Source: Pristiophorus japonicus
Lineage: Eukaryota
Direction: 5' to 3'
Assembly (NCBI RefSeq): GCF_044704955.1
Contig: NC_091992.1
Location: forward strand, 101,990,001-102,054,000
Length of the DNA stretch: 64,000 nucleotides
In this document: piece by piece, positions 24,497-36,329 of the stretch
Layout: each line of letters begins with the position of its first letter
Position numbering within the stretch: position 1 is the first letter of the stretch
Program-made: the position numbers and the translations under genes
The notes under the pieces: model-generated
The model's input: the letters and a program-made list of their open reading frames with translations, nothing else
Databases searched by the model: none
Told to the model about the DNA's origin: nothing

Positions 24497-27400
24497 ATGG
24501 AGGGAGATAGTGAGAGGAAAGGGGCTAAACCCTAAAAGGGCGAGGTGACCAACGAGGCCTTCGTTAACATAGTAAGTGGCAGGTGGGATAACTTGATACG
24601 GGGTGGGCATGGGAAACTTCCACCCCGTGCATATCGGAAAATATGGGCCGAGATTGCCGATGTCGTAACCGCGGCCTCGAATGAAGTACGTACACCTGAC
24701 CAGTGCAGGTAAAGGTGGAACAGCTTGTTGGCAGAGTAAGTTGCATTTTATATTTTAAATTTTACATATGTAATATTTAAATGTGCATGCAAATTTCAAT
24801 TGGAATCTTGAATGTCATTTCGTTATAGTATTAATTAATTAAATTATTAATTAATTTATGCATCCTAACACTTAGTTGAATTTTATATTATGAAATATTG
24901 TTCATATGCAATGCAATGCAAATTTCTAATCAAACATTTAAATCTGTCAATCTTAAATGTTTATTACAAAGTCCATTAGCTTATGCCATGCAATGTTATC
25001 TTATCATTTCCAGAAGGAGATATCTATCAATCATGCCGAGCAGAGGAGGACGGGCAGCGGCTCTGCTCAGGTGCACATTTTATCGGAATACGAGGAGCTT
25101 GTGGTCGCCATAGTGGGACCTGACAGCTCTTCGGTCATGACCTGTGGTGTGACCGAACCCACCCTTGAGTCTCATGAGTAATGGGAACTGTGCAATGTGT
25201 CAAACATTATTAAAGAAATCTTAAAAATATCTTAGTTATGCATGTAATGTCCTGCAATTATAATGCAATATGATATATACTTTTGATATACTCTTGATTT
25301 ACGAATGAGGTTATGGCAGCCCTGGTGAACCCTTGTGCATATGGGGTATTGAAAAGTATTCTTATATTATGGGTTATTAGAAACATAGAAAATAGGTGCA
25401 GGAGTCGGCCATTCAGCCCTTCTAGCCTGCACCACCATTCAATGAGGTCATGGCTGAACATGCAACTTCAGTACCCCATTCCTGCTTTCTCACCATACCC
25501 CTTGATCCCCCGAGTAGTAAGGACTTCATCTAACTCCCTTTTGAATATATTTAGTGAATTGGCCTCAACTACTTTCTGTGGTAGAGAATTCCACAGGTTC
25601 ACCACTCTCTGGGTGAAGAAGTTTCTCCTCATCTCGATCCTAAATGGCTTACCCCTTATCCTTAGACTGTGACCCCTGGTTCTGGACTTCCCCAACATTG
25701 GGAACATTCTTCCTGCATCTAACCTGTCTAAACCCGTCAGAATTTTAAACGTTTCTATGAGGTCCCCTCTCATTCTTCTGAACTCCAGTGAATACAAGCC
25801 CAGTTGATCCAGTCTTTCTCGATAGGTCAGTCCCACGATCCAGGGAATCAGTCTGGTGAATCTTCGCTGCACTCCCTCAATAGCAAGAATGTCCTTCCTC
25901 AAGTTAGGAGACCAAAACTGTACACAATACTCCAGGTGTGGCCTCACCAAGGCCCTGTACAACTGTAGCAACACCTCCCTGCCCCTGTACTCAAATCCCC
26001 TCGCTGTGAAGACCAACATGCCATTTGCTTTCTTAACCGCCTGCTGTACCTGCATGCCAACCTTCAATGACTGATGTACCATGACACCCAGGTCTCGTTA
26101 CACCTCCCCTTTTCCTAATCTGTCACAATTCAGATAATAGTCTGTCTCTCTGTTTTTACCACCAAAGTGGATAACCTCACATTTATCCACATTATACTTC
26201 ATCTGCCATGCATTTGCCCACTCACCTAACCTATCCAAGTCACTCTGCAGCCTCATAGCATCCTCCTCGCAGCTCACACTGCCACCCAACTTAGTGTCAT
26301 CCGCAAATTTGGAGATACTACATTTAATCCCCTCGTCTAAATCATTAATGTACAATGTAAACAGCTGGGGCCCCAGCATAGAACCTTGCAGTACCCCACT
26401 AGTCACTGCCTGCCATTCTGAAAAGTACCCATTTACTCCTACTCTTTGCTTCCTGTCTGCCAACCAGTTCTCAATCCATGTCAGCACACTACCCCCAATC
26501 CCATGTGCTTTAACTTTGCACATTAATCTCTTGTGTGGGACCTTGTCGAAAGCCTTCTGAAAGTCCAAATATACCACATCAACTGCTTCTCCCTTGTCCA
26601 CTCCACTGGAAACATCCTCAAAAAATTCCAGAAGGTTTATCAAGCATGATTTCCCTTTCACAAATCCATGCTGACTTGGACCTATCATGTCACCATTTTC
26701 AAAATGCACTGCTATGACATCCTTAATAATTGATTCCACCATTTTACCCACTACTGAGGTCAGGCTGACCGGTCTATAATTCCATGTTTTCTCTCTCCCT
26801 CCTTTTTTAAAAAGTGGGGTTACATTGGCTATCCTCCACTCGATAGGAACTGATCCAGAGTCAATGGAATGTTGGAAAATGACTGTCAATGCATCCGCTA
26901 TTTCCAAGGCCACCTCCTTAAGTACTCTGGGATGCAGTCCATCAGGCCCTGGGGATTTATCGGCCTTCAATCCCATCAATTTCCCCAACACAATTTCCCG
27001 ACTAATAAAGATTTCCCTCAGTTCCTCCTCCTTACTAGACCCTCTGACCCCTTTTATATCCGGAAGGTTGTTTGTGTCCTCCTTAGTGAATACCGATATT
27101 GAAAAATTGATATGTATTGATATGTATGTTTACTAATAATGAGCACCCGTTATTATCCTAATAAGTTGTTTAGAAATGTCTTTTTAAGGTCAAGTGTCGT
27201 TAGAATCAGTGGACTCATCCATTCCTCCTGCACCGTCAAATACCTCGCAGGAGGAAGAGGAGGAACAGCTGCCGACTGTGGAGCAAGAGCATGAGGAGGA
27301 GGAGGAGGAAGAGGATGATATTCTTTTTGTGGGAGGGGGACCAACCTGCGGCCATCTCTATTGAGATGGATGAGACACCGGAACCAAGCGGTGTGCAGGT

Positions 27401-27940
27401 GGTGATGCCAAGGCGCAAAATATTGCAAACGCCGACCCTACAGAGGTCGGGTCAGCGAGGTGAGCAATCGCCTACCTTGGAAGGCCAGACGGAGAGCTTG
27501 ATATCCCTGTGCAGGGAGACGGTTGTGACCGGTCGCGACCTTATCCAGGGTTTCGCGGGTTTCTCCACAAACTGGAGCCAATTTCCAGCAACCGAGAGCA
27601 AGTTCAGCACGAACTTCTCCAACTGGTCTTCCATGCAAACACAGACAGCATGGGAGACGTTGGAGGCCATTCGTGAGCAAACCACCGCAATCAATGCCCT
27701 TCGGCATGAGTTGATGGCTGCACATGGCGCGGCACCCCAAGGTATCGTGTCAGCTCGCAGCAAGACCCCAAACATGCAAGCGAGTACGGAGGACACAGTT
27801 CCTCCTGACTCGGAAATGGAGCCTCGGGCTTCAACTTCCACTCCTTCACCTCCACCATGACAGGAAGTCTTGCCATCCCGCTCTGCACAACGTGTTCGTG
27901 TCAGTCTGCGTGGACCAAAACGGGCAGCTGGGGTAAGAAC
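24497..27940 (+). pseudogene. Harbinger Myb/SANT-like DNA-binding protein gene, spliced and disrupted
   Basis: Exon 24497-24735 (MEGDSE...IWAEIADVVTAASNEVRTPDQCR*RWN, donor GTAAGT), exon ~25014-25177 (KEISINHAEQRRTGSG...), and a last exon ~27190-27940 (ORF 27291-27860). Confidence 0.75.
25378..27095 (-). mobile_element. 5'-truncated CR1 LINE, relatively young
   Basis: ORFs 26098-26991 (RT: PGPDG, NYRPVSLTS, YLDFQKAFD, KFADDTK) and 25468-26082; tail at 25378. Confidence 0.96.
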
Positions 27941-28409
27941 ATGGGGTGGGACAGGACCTGGAGGGAAACGAGGCTGCTGGTAGGGAGGGGGAGGGTGTTT
28001 TTCATTGTTGAATTGTTTTTTGTTGCTTTAAAATTGTTAAAGTTTTGTTTAAGGGTGATTGGGATTTGAGGGAAGGGTGGGTTGGGCAGGGGAGCCCCGG
28101 TGGAGGTAGGGTGTTGGTAAATGGTTTTTAAAAAATTAATTCATTAGTTGTCTTTGCTAATAAAAAAAATATTTAATTCAACAAATTTTGTGCCTTCTCT
28201 CTTAGTTACATTAGTTAACAAATTTACAGTTGTTCATCCTTATTTGTTTATTCCTTTATTATAGCAGTACTTTACATAAACTTTACTTAAAATAAGCATT
28301 AATGCTGATGATAGGCCAGTGCAGACAAGACAACAATGAAACCCCACGCAAATGAAACTTTTGATTAACCCTAACTGTAAATGAACATTTGAATATCCAC
28401 AATGATAGT

Positions 28410-29624
28410 TCATGCAAAGCGTTCATTAATGAGCTGCTGATGCAACAGCTTAGCAGCCGTGTAACTGCCCTTGGCTACTGGTCTTCGGAAGGAGGCTGGT
28501 GGTACCAAGGCTAGATCGCCATGCTGATTAAGCTCCCCTATGTCCTCGCCTGTGCCCTCTTCAGCCTCTTCCTCCTTTCATCCTCACCAGCTGGCTCTTC
28601 TGTCTCCCCTCCATCTGGAGGTGGACCTGCAGCCCGATCTGGCATCACTTGTCCTCTCCTTATAGCTAGGTTATGCAGCATGCAACACACCACAATAAAC
28701 TCTGTGACCTGGTCAGGGTGGCACTGTAGGCTGCCTCCAGAATGATCCAGGCATCTGAAGTGCTGCCTGGATCATTCCAACGATGTCTTTTCAACAATGT
28801 TGCGTGTCGCTATGTGACTTTCATTATAACGTTTCTATGCTTCAGTGACCGAATTACACAGAGGGGTCATAAGCCAACTGGCAAGGCCATATCCTTTATC
28901 CCCTAGCATCCAACCATGACCTTCTGGCTGATTGACAAACAGGTCAGGGATAGCACTTTCACGTAGGATGTGCGCATCATGGATGCTGCCAGGAAATGTA
29001 GCATTTACTGTCAGGATTATTTGATTGTGGTCGACAACAAGCTGCACATTTAAGGAGTGGAACCCCTTTCTGTTACGAAACACCTCCGTGTTCTTTAAGG
29101 ATGCTTTCAGGGCAGTGTGCGTGCAGTCTATTGCTCCCTGTACCTTGGGGAAGTGTGATATCCTGTAGAAACCCAAAGCCCTCTCGGTCTTTGCCTCGCT
29201 GTTCATTGGGAAGCTTATGAACTCCATCCAGCTGTTGAATGCAGCAGTGTGTAGCGTGCTGAGAGATATGGCAGATGTCGCCAGCTGAAGCCTGAAAAGA
29301 TCTCGATGCGTAGAAGGCTAGGGCAGCAGTAACCTTCACCTCAACGGACAGTGCGGTTCTGATGGTGCTGGAAGGCTGCAAATCACCCTTGACGAGTTGG
29401 CATATCTCATCGATGACCTCCTTCCAGAATCGCAGCCTCCTAAGACAAGTGTTTTCAGACAAGTTTAGGTAAGATTGCTTTTCCAAGTATCTTCGTTGAC
29501 TGTGCGGTCGCCTCCTCTGTCTTCGTCTCCGTCTACGCATTACTCTGCCACCTCTTCGATTGATCCTTTCAGTAACCAGTGTGTGAGCAGTTGCAATCAA
29601 TGGCAGGGAAAGCATAGGCCCCAT
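28410..29624 (-). pseudogene. Harbinger DDE transposase (HARBI1-like), frameshifted
   Basis: ORFs 29073-29624 and 28835-29227: LAFYAS.SFQ, GAIDCTH, NRKGFHSLNVQLV, PGSIHDAHIL, LGDKGY; degenerate C-terminus continues to ~28410. Confidence 0.9.
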
Positions 29625-30193
29625 ATCACTATCAATAATTACTTACACTAATTGAAAATAATCTCTCTAATATCTACTCTCTAATCACTGTACTCTCTAT
29701 GCTGTATACCACTCAGTTTAATAGGCCTCAACAATATCAGTAAATAATTTCACTATATAAAAGCTATTTCCAAAATAACTCTATAATACCTACTTTATAT
29801 ACCCTGATCTAATATCCTGAGTAGAATCATCTTTAAATGAACGCTCTTCCTCCGATCTTCAAAATGGCGTCCGTGGTGCCCATTTCCTTCTGTTAAGCCC
29901 AGTAAAAGCATCTATTTCTCAGCGATTTTTTGGACCTTGCATCAGCCCAGCGAAGTGCATGATAGGTGCCGAAACTTGGGATGGGCCTTGTGTGGGCGAT
30001 AATTTCGGCAATCATTTCGGCGATGTGAGTGGAAACTTGGGCACCTGTTTTTCCGGTGATGTTTTGGGCATAGTTTCCACTTTTTCATCAAAATGGGTGA
30101 TAGAGGTTCATTTTGGGCGATAGATGGGCCTTAGATGGGCGATGTGAAATGGAAAGTCTAGCCCTAGTTTCTCTCTATCTACCCTATCAAATC

Positions 30194-30830
30194 TGTGTGT
30201 CCTTGGGTGCTCTAATAATGACTCCACGAGGCAATGTGTTGTACTTGAGCTGTAGTGACCTTCGTCCTTTATTTGTTAACTCCAGAGTGAGGGTCACACC
30301 TGGTGGCCTGCCTTTTATATTAGGCCAGGCACACCTGTATAGGTAACCTACAAGTCTTCCACTGCTGTGCCCGCTGGTGGCACACCTTGTGATAGTACCA
30401 ACAGTAGCCATGTGGGATACATGACATCACTCTCCCCTAAACCTTTAGTGCAAATCGTCTCTGCATTGACTGTGCTCTGGGCTTAGCTCTATCTGGGCTC
30501 TGACTGGTTGATCCTTGGCAGGTCGTTTCAATCTTGGTTGGTGCAGTAGAGAGCTGGTGGTTGGTGTTTGTGTGTGTCCCTGACCATTCCATTCTCCCCC
30601 CACCCCCCCAACCCCCTCCCCACATATAGATTATGCCGGAGGCTCATTGCATTCATATACATTCAAGTTCAGAAAAACAAGTTTGCATTACATTTGTGAT
30701 TCCGTTGTGAGGCAAGTACGTTAGACTGGTGAGATACATTATCGAAGCGGTGACCGGTGCGTTAAGGACAAACTAGTTCCAGAACTGCTGGATGGTGTCC
30801 CTGCAGTCTGTTGACAGCGCGGTGCCCAGT
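30194..30830 (-). mobile_element. Truncated LTR element relic (3' LTR, PPT and ~400 bp of internal sequence)
   Basis: 30194-30426 matches LTR 49840-50072; TCACTCTCCCC (PPT on the minus strand) and the following sequence parallel 50073-50500. Confidence 0.85.
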
Positions 30831-31229
30831 GCACACACTTCTAAATAATTAATTGCCTGTGGCTTTGGGACACCCTGAGAATGTGGAAGATGCTATATAA
30901 ATGCAAGTTATTTCTTTTCTCTTGTTATAAGTTTCAGTCCCAACTTTAAGAAGGTGAAGATCTGTGGGCTATTTTTATCACTGGACTGAAAGTCATGGAC
31001 AGTGTGACCACAGTCTCCCTATACATACAGCTGATGGCCGAGGCTTACATTCATAAAATCAACCTGTTAGGTCCAAAATGCTTCCACTGAAATTAAGAAT
31101 AAGAACAAGAGGTGCTGTAAATACACAGCTGATCAGATAGCATTTGAAAGAAGATGGGAAGATGGCAGGTTACTAGTTCAGTTGGTATTGTTCATCAGAA
31201 ATGAATTGTTCCTGATATGCTGGAGGCCT

Positions 31230-31998
31230 GGAAACATAGCTGGGCAGATGGGCAAATGGAATTTAATCCAGAGAAGTGGGAGGTAATGCATTTGGGGAGG
31301 GCTAACAAGGAAAAGGAATACCCATTAAATGGTAGGACACTGAGAAGTGTAGAGGAAAACAGTTACCTGGGAGTGCATGTCCACAGACCCCTGAAAGTAG
31401 CAGGCCAGATAGATAAGGTGGTTAAGAAGGCATACTGAATGCTTGCCTTTATTAGCCAAGGCCTAGAATACAAGAGATGGGGGGGTTATGCTTGAACTGT
31501 ATAAAACACTGATTAGGTCATCACATTACAGGAAGGACGTGATTGCACTGGGGAGGATTCAGAGGAGATTTACGAGGATGTTGCCGGGAGTGGAAAATCT
31601 TAGCTATGAGGACAGATTGGATAGGCTGGGTGTATAAAATTATGAGGGGCTTAGATATAGTGGATAGAAAGAGCCTATTTCCCTTAGCAAAAGAGTCAAC
31701 AACCAGGGGGCATAAATTTAAAGTAATTGGTAGAAGGTTTCGAGGGGATTTGAGGGGAAATTTCTTCACGCAGAGGGTGGTGGGGGTCTGGAACTCACTG
31801 CCTGAAAGGGTGATAGAGGCAGAAACCCTCACCACATTTAAAAAGTATTTGGATATGCACTTGAACTGCTGTAATCTTCAGGGTTATGGACCCAGAGCTG
31901 GAAAGTTGGATTAGGCTGGATAGCCTCTTGTTGGCCGGCACGGACACGATGGGCCGAAATGGCCTTCTTCCGTGTTGTAAATTTCTATGATTCTATGA
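31230..31998 (+). mobile_element. CR1 3' fragment with internal deletions
   Basis: WQMEFNPEK-like, RGHKFK and NFFTQRVVGVWNSLP motifs; TTCTATGA tail. Confidence 0.9.
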
Positions 31999-32966
31999 TG
32001 AGATGAAATAAATGGGGCTTCATTTAATGTATAGTGGCATAGTGTAAGGGTTCTCATCCCTGCAGTTCAGCTTCCACAACCCCCCTCCCCCCCGGCTTCT
32101 TTTCAAGCGGAGCCCCTGTGTTCGGGTGAGGGACCGATTCTGTCGGCCGACGCTCCATCCCTCGAGCCCAGTTTGGAGACATTCAGTGGTGGTGTGGCAC
32201 TTTTAAAAAAATCCAATCTTTACTAAAGAATTGCATGAAATTTCCATTTTCTGCATTTTCAATTGGAAATATTTAGCTTGTTGATGCATATTTATGTGTT
32301 CTTTACTCCCTCCAAAACTTGGCCTAAAAACAATGATGTCTTTCTGCGCCGATTTTTTGATGTGCGCTGTTTTTTCTTAAGTGCCCAGAAGGTTTTTTGG
32401 GAGTAGTCACATACGCTGTCCTAGGAGAAATGTAAGTTGGACAAACTTGCACAATTGTGAAAAACTGGTGCAGACATCTCTGACGCAAAAAAAACCTAAC
32501 CTAAAACAATCGTAACTAACTGAGTTAAGCTGGTGCAAAATCTTTGGGGAAACTTAGATTTTAAAATTTACGCCAAAAAAAGCGGCACGGAAAATTGAGC
32601 CCATAGGACTTAACATATTTTGCACATTTTACTTAGGAGATTAAATGGGATGCATTGAGTTCATGACATTGTATTTGGGGAAAAAACCGAAAAACTGGCA
32701 TTTGTATTACCTCTTATTGTGTCTCAGAATAACCTTAAAGGGTTTCACATACAATAAGTTATATTGAAATGTAGAGATGTTATGTGAGTGATAGCATTTG
32801 AAAAGTGATGTAAAATGAAATCAAAAAAAATTAAATGTCAAATTTAAAGTAAAATTAAAGAGTGAGGTGTTTGGAAGGGTAGCAGCAGAAGCACAGTAAG
32901 GAGGATATTGTTGAATGCACAAGTTTATCACCAGGAAATACGAACTGATGGCTCATCAGAAGCTAT

Positions 32967-33723
32967 GGGCTAGAAATTGCTGTCGGAGGTGTATTGCTGG
33001 GATAGACCTCCAACCCGCAAAACACTTATTAAATTAGCTCCTGGCGGACAGGCTGGGAAAAGTTGCGGTCTCAAGCCTCAAGGCAGATAGCAGCATAATG
33101 GCCCACGGATCCCAGGGGCGCTGGTGGTGCGAAAGCATACCTGAGATCACGTGGGACCGGTCCTCCAATCAGTAAGCAGGATTCCATTTTCTTCACTTAT
33201 GAAGGGAATCCCCGAGTGAGATGCAATGGAATCCCAAAATCTAATAATTCTACAATTTACAAAATGTAATTTTATTCATAATTACCTTCATTCCACCAAC
33301 CTCACGACAAATTTCATTTTTTGATAATGTTATAAATCATTAAAACTGTAATCCAGGCCAATGTTTGCATACGCTCACTTTGTGCAGTATAATTTCAGAT
33401 CTGAAAATATTTAATTAATGGCTTAGATAACACCTTATACTAATGCAAACAGGCCCACTGCCTGCTTGCATCAACCGTAAGACTTCTGTGTGCAATCGCA
33501 GGCCAGTTGGTGGGCAAATAGCACAACTCTGAGCCAGCGACTGCCTTGTCGTAGCCCCCCACGGATGACATGTCAACGCATATGTTGACAGCCGCAAGTT
33601 CCAGATTTCATGCCTGTGCAAACGCAACTGGGAATCAAGAATTTGAAATTCTGATGGATTTCAAAGGGAATACAATGGCATACTCTGAGAGTACGCTGTC
33701 ATACACATCGCAATTTCAGGGCC
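32967..33723. mobile_element. MITE (Harbinger-type termini); related partial copy at ~38450-38830
   Basis: Imperfect TIRs GGGCTAGAAATTGC / GCAATTTCAGGGCC; internal TTCATTCCACCAA...GATAAT segment recurs at ~38750-38815. Confidence 0.55.
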
Positions 33724-34709
33724 AATATAGTTGAAATGCAAGGTATTAAGTAGTAAGGAAATAACTTACAACCAAAATTGCAACCCTGAGTTTAATGATG
33801 TCTTAAAAGCTTAGGCCTGCTCACTGCCTCTGCCTATTCAGCATAACAATGTGAATTTTGAAAGCTGGGCCCCAGTGAAGAATCACAGAGGACACCACAA
33901 TATACAGCCAAATATGAGCCTCATATCATCATTAAAAGAGTTTTGAGTCATGCTGAAAAATATACAAGATCTGGATCTTAATTCCCAAATGTTTTTTTTT
34001 GACACTATCAAGACAAACAAAGGCACTTTTCCAAGTGCACATTTTAGAAGTACTCTACGTGATGTTTTACAGATCTAATCATTGCACCCACAAAGTGGCA
34101 AAGTGGTCATCTAGTGTGGCGCTGGTTTTATGTCTTAAATGACGTGAGATTTCTCACGCTCTGCAGAAGCAGTTCACAAACTCAAACATATCTAGTTCAT
34201 CTCGCACAAACCCTTGTATCAGCTGGGGCTGCACCAGAACTATTGCAGTGGAGGCTGAAATTCCACCTTTCATGCAGAGAATTAGATAAAGCTGTTTCTT
34301 TAGCCCATTGCCCAAAGCTTACACAAGCACACCATTTTAAATAGTGCATTTTGTGCAAACAGCAGTTTTCTTTGCAGGCTCTGGCCATAATGATGTTAAA
34401 CTAGTTGTTAACTAATGAGGCACTTAATGGCCATAAATATCCAAAACTGAAATAATTGAGGTAGATTGTGATTTCGGGCGATAGTGAGGTAGTGCATCAA
34501 CAGACCCTTTTACATCGTTCTCAATTTTTATTTCCTTTGACTTCATTGTCAACTCGCTATCGCACAAAGTGATGATCTCCTCATTGTGTGCAACTTTTGT
34601 GTTTAATTTTTTTTTTAAATTTATTCATTGCCAATCTTTCCAATTCTTTGTCAAATCACAAACACCAGAGGTCACCTTGCACACATCAAGGATCACTCTG
34701 CGCCAATGC

Positions 34710-34730
34710 TCTTAGCCAAAAGGCCTAGAA
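34710..34730 (-). pseudogene. U2 snRNA 5'-end fragment placed after the U2 3' end
   Basis: Minus strand TTCTAGGCCTTTTGGCTAAGA versus U2 TTCTCGGCCTTTTGGCTAAGA; 16 nt exact. Confidence 0.75.
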
Positions 34731-34734
34731 CCAC

Positions 34735-34942
34735 TGCACCGTTCCTGGAAGTACTGCAATACCAGGTTCGTGCCATGGAAGTGGATGGATCAGGGCCCCC
34801 CCCACACACTTCCGTGGAGGTGGATGGGTCAGGCCCCCCGAGGTGGAGGTGGAGGTGGAGGTGGAGGTGGAGGTGGAGGTGGAGGTGGAGGTGGAGGTGG
34901 AGGTGGAGGTGGAGAGTCAAGCCACCTCCTATTTCCAAAAAG
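34735..34942 (-). pseudogene. U2 snRNA 3'-half-derived segment, interrupted by local repeats
   Basis: Minus strand ACCTGGTATTGCAGTACTTCCAGGAACGGTGCA differs by one base from the recalled U2 3' end (ACCTGGTATTGCAGTACCTCCAGGAACGGTGCA). The upstream TTTTTGGAAATAGGAG resembles the U2 Sm-site/SL3 region. Confidence 0.85.
34840..34914. repeat. (GGAGGT)n microsatellite, about 12 units
   Basis: Perfect hexamer array read directly. Confidence 0.95.
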
Positions 34943-34944
34943 CA

Positions 34945-35015
34945 TAGGAGAACCACCTTCCTGATCCAGGGAGAACCACTTTGGGGTCATGGTTACTCCC
35001 CTGTCAGGTCAGTTA
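34945..35015 (-). pseudogene. U1 snRNA 5'-derived fragment with partial duplication
   Basis: Minus strand TAACTGACCTGACAGGGGAGTAACCATGACCCCAAAGTGGTTCTCCCTGG then ATCAGGAAGGTGGTTCTCC, versus U1 ATACTTACCTGGCAGGGGAGATACCATGATCACGAAGGTGGTTTTCCCAGG. Confidence 0.7.
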
Positions 35016-36329
35016 CGCATGATCTTAGTGTTTAATGGCTCAGGTGAAAGTTTAAGAATCTCACTATACACTGGCAAGTTGCTGTATGTGTGCAACCCTA
35101 TATCGGCAGCTCTACTCTGCATAAATAAAATGGTCGCATTTATTTCCAACACCAGATCTCTGATTGGTCACCTTGAAGGCAACACCTGATTTCTGATTGG
35201 TCCCTTTGGAGAACAAGACACGCCCAGCCGTTTATCTGAAACTCTTTTGAGTTTATCTGTGAAAACATAAAACATTAAACGGTGCCACCCGACCTGGGTG
35301 ACACTCCAGACATTTACTAGGCCCATTTTTTTTTTTTTTTCCCCTTTTTTGTGTTTTTTTTTTTGTGTTTTTTTCTTTTTTTTTTGTTTTTTTTTGGGCA
35401 CTAAAATCACAATTTTTCCCCAGTGCCCCCTATAAAAGGGAAGGGGACACTAAAAGCACCGGCAATTAAAACAAATTAACTTTAAAACGTAAAATCAAAT
35501 TAAAATTTGGTTGCCGGGCGTGATGATGCACTCCAGTCCCTCCGGTGCCCACCTCTCGCGGAAGGCCGCGAGCGTACCGGTGGACACCGCGTGCTCCATC
35601 TCCAAGGACACCCTGGACCGGATGTAAGAGCGGAAGAGAGGCAGGCAGTCAGGTTGAACGACCCCCTCGACCGCCCGCTGCCTGGACCGGCTGATGGCAC
35701 CCTTGGCCGTGCCCAGGAGCAGTCCTACGAGGAGGCCTTCGGACCTACCTGCTCCCCTCCGCACAGGGTGCCCAAAGATCAGGAGAGTGGGACTGAAGTG
35801 CAGCCAGAATTTCAGGAGCAGCCCCTTCAAATAGTGGAACAGGGGCTGCAACCTTGTGCATTCAATAAAAACATGGAACACGGACTCCTCCAGACCGCAG
35901 AAATTGCAGGCGGCCTGGGAGTCCGTGAACCGGCTTAAAAATTTATTGCACGGCACTGCTCCGTGCACCACCCTCCAGGCCAAGTCCCCGATGAATAGTG
36001 GGAGGACCCCTGCGTAGAGTGCCCTCCATCGGGGACCCCCGCCTCCTCCGGAAGGCAAGATGGTACGCCATGGCGTGTCCGGACGGCCGGCGAGGATGGC
36101 AAAGTTGAGGGTGTGCAGGAGCAGCCCGTACAGGAAACCCCTCCGCGCGGAACTGAAAGGTCCGTTTATCTGAATGTGTAATTAGATCCTGCCTGCCGAA
36201 GTAATCAATTCGTTTGCAAAGTGTAATTCGAGCCATTCTGACTGCCTTGCTCCAGACAACAGAGCTCACATAGAACAGACAGGGCTCACCCTCGCCGGTT
36301 AAGATCTTCTCCCATCCCCCAAACAAGTC

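Larger units (their letters stand above)
23979..30164. mobile_element. Near full-length Harbinger/PIF DNA transposon (two convergent genes), interrupted by a CR1
   Basis: 17-bp TIRs GGGCTAGACTTTCCATT / AATGGAAAGTCTAGCCC; Myb/SANT gene on +, DDE transposase on -. Confidence 0.92.
34607..36161 (-). mobile_element. 5'-truncated Tx1-clade (L1 group) retrotransposon with a long polyadenylated 3' region carrying U1/U2 snRNA pieces
   Basis: ORF2 C-terminus 36160-35495 (DLAWRVVHGAVPCN, CNFCGLEESVFHVFIEC zinc knuckle, FRERWAP). AATAAA on the minus strand at 34620-34625 and a poly(A) tail (T10 on +, 34607-34616). Confidence 0.85.
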
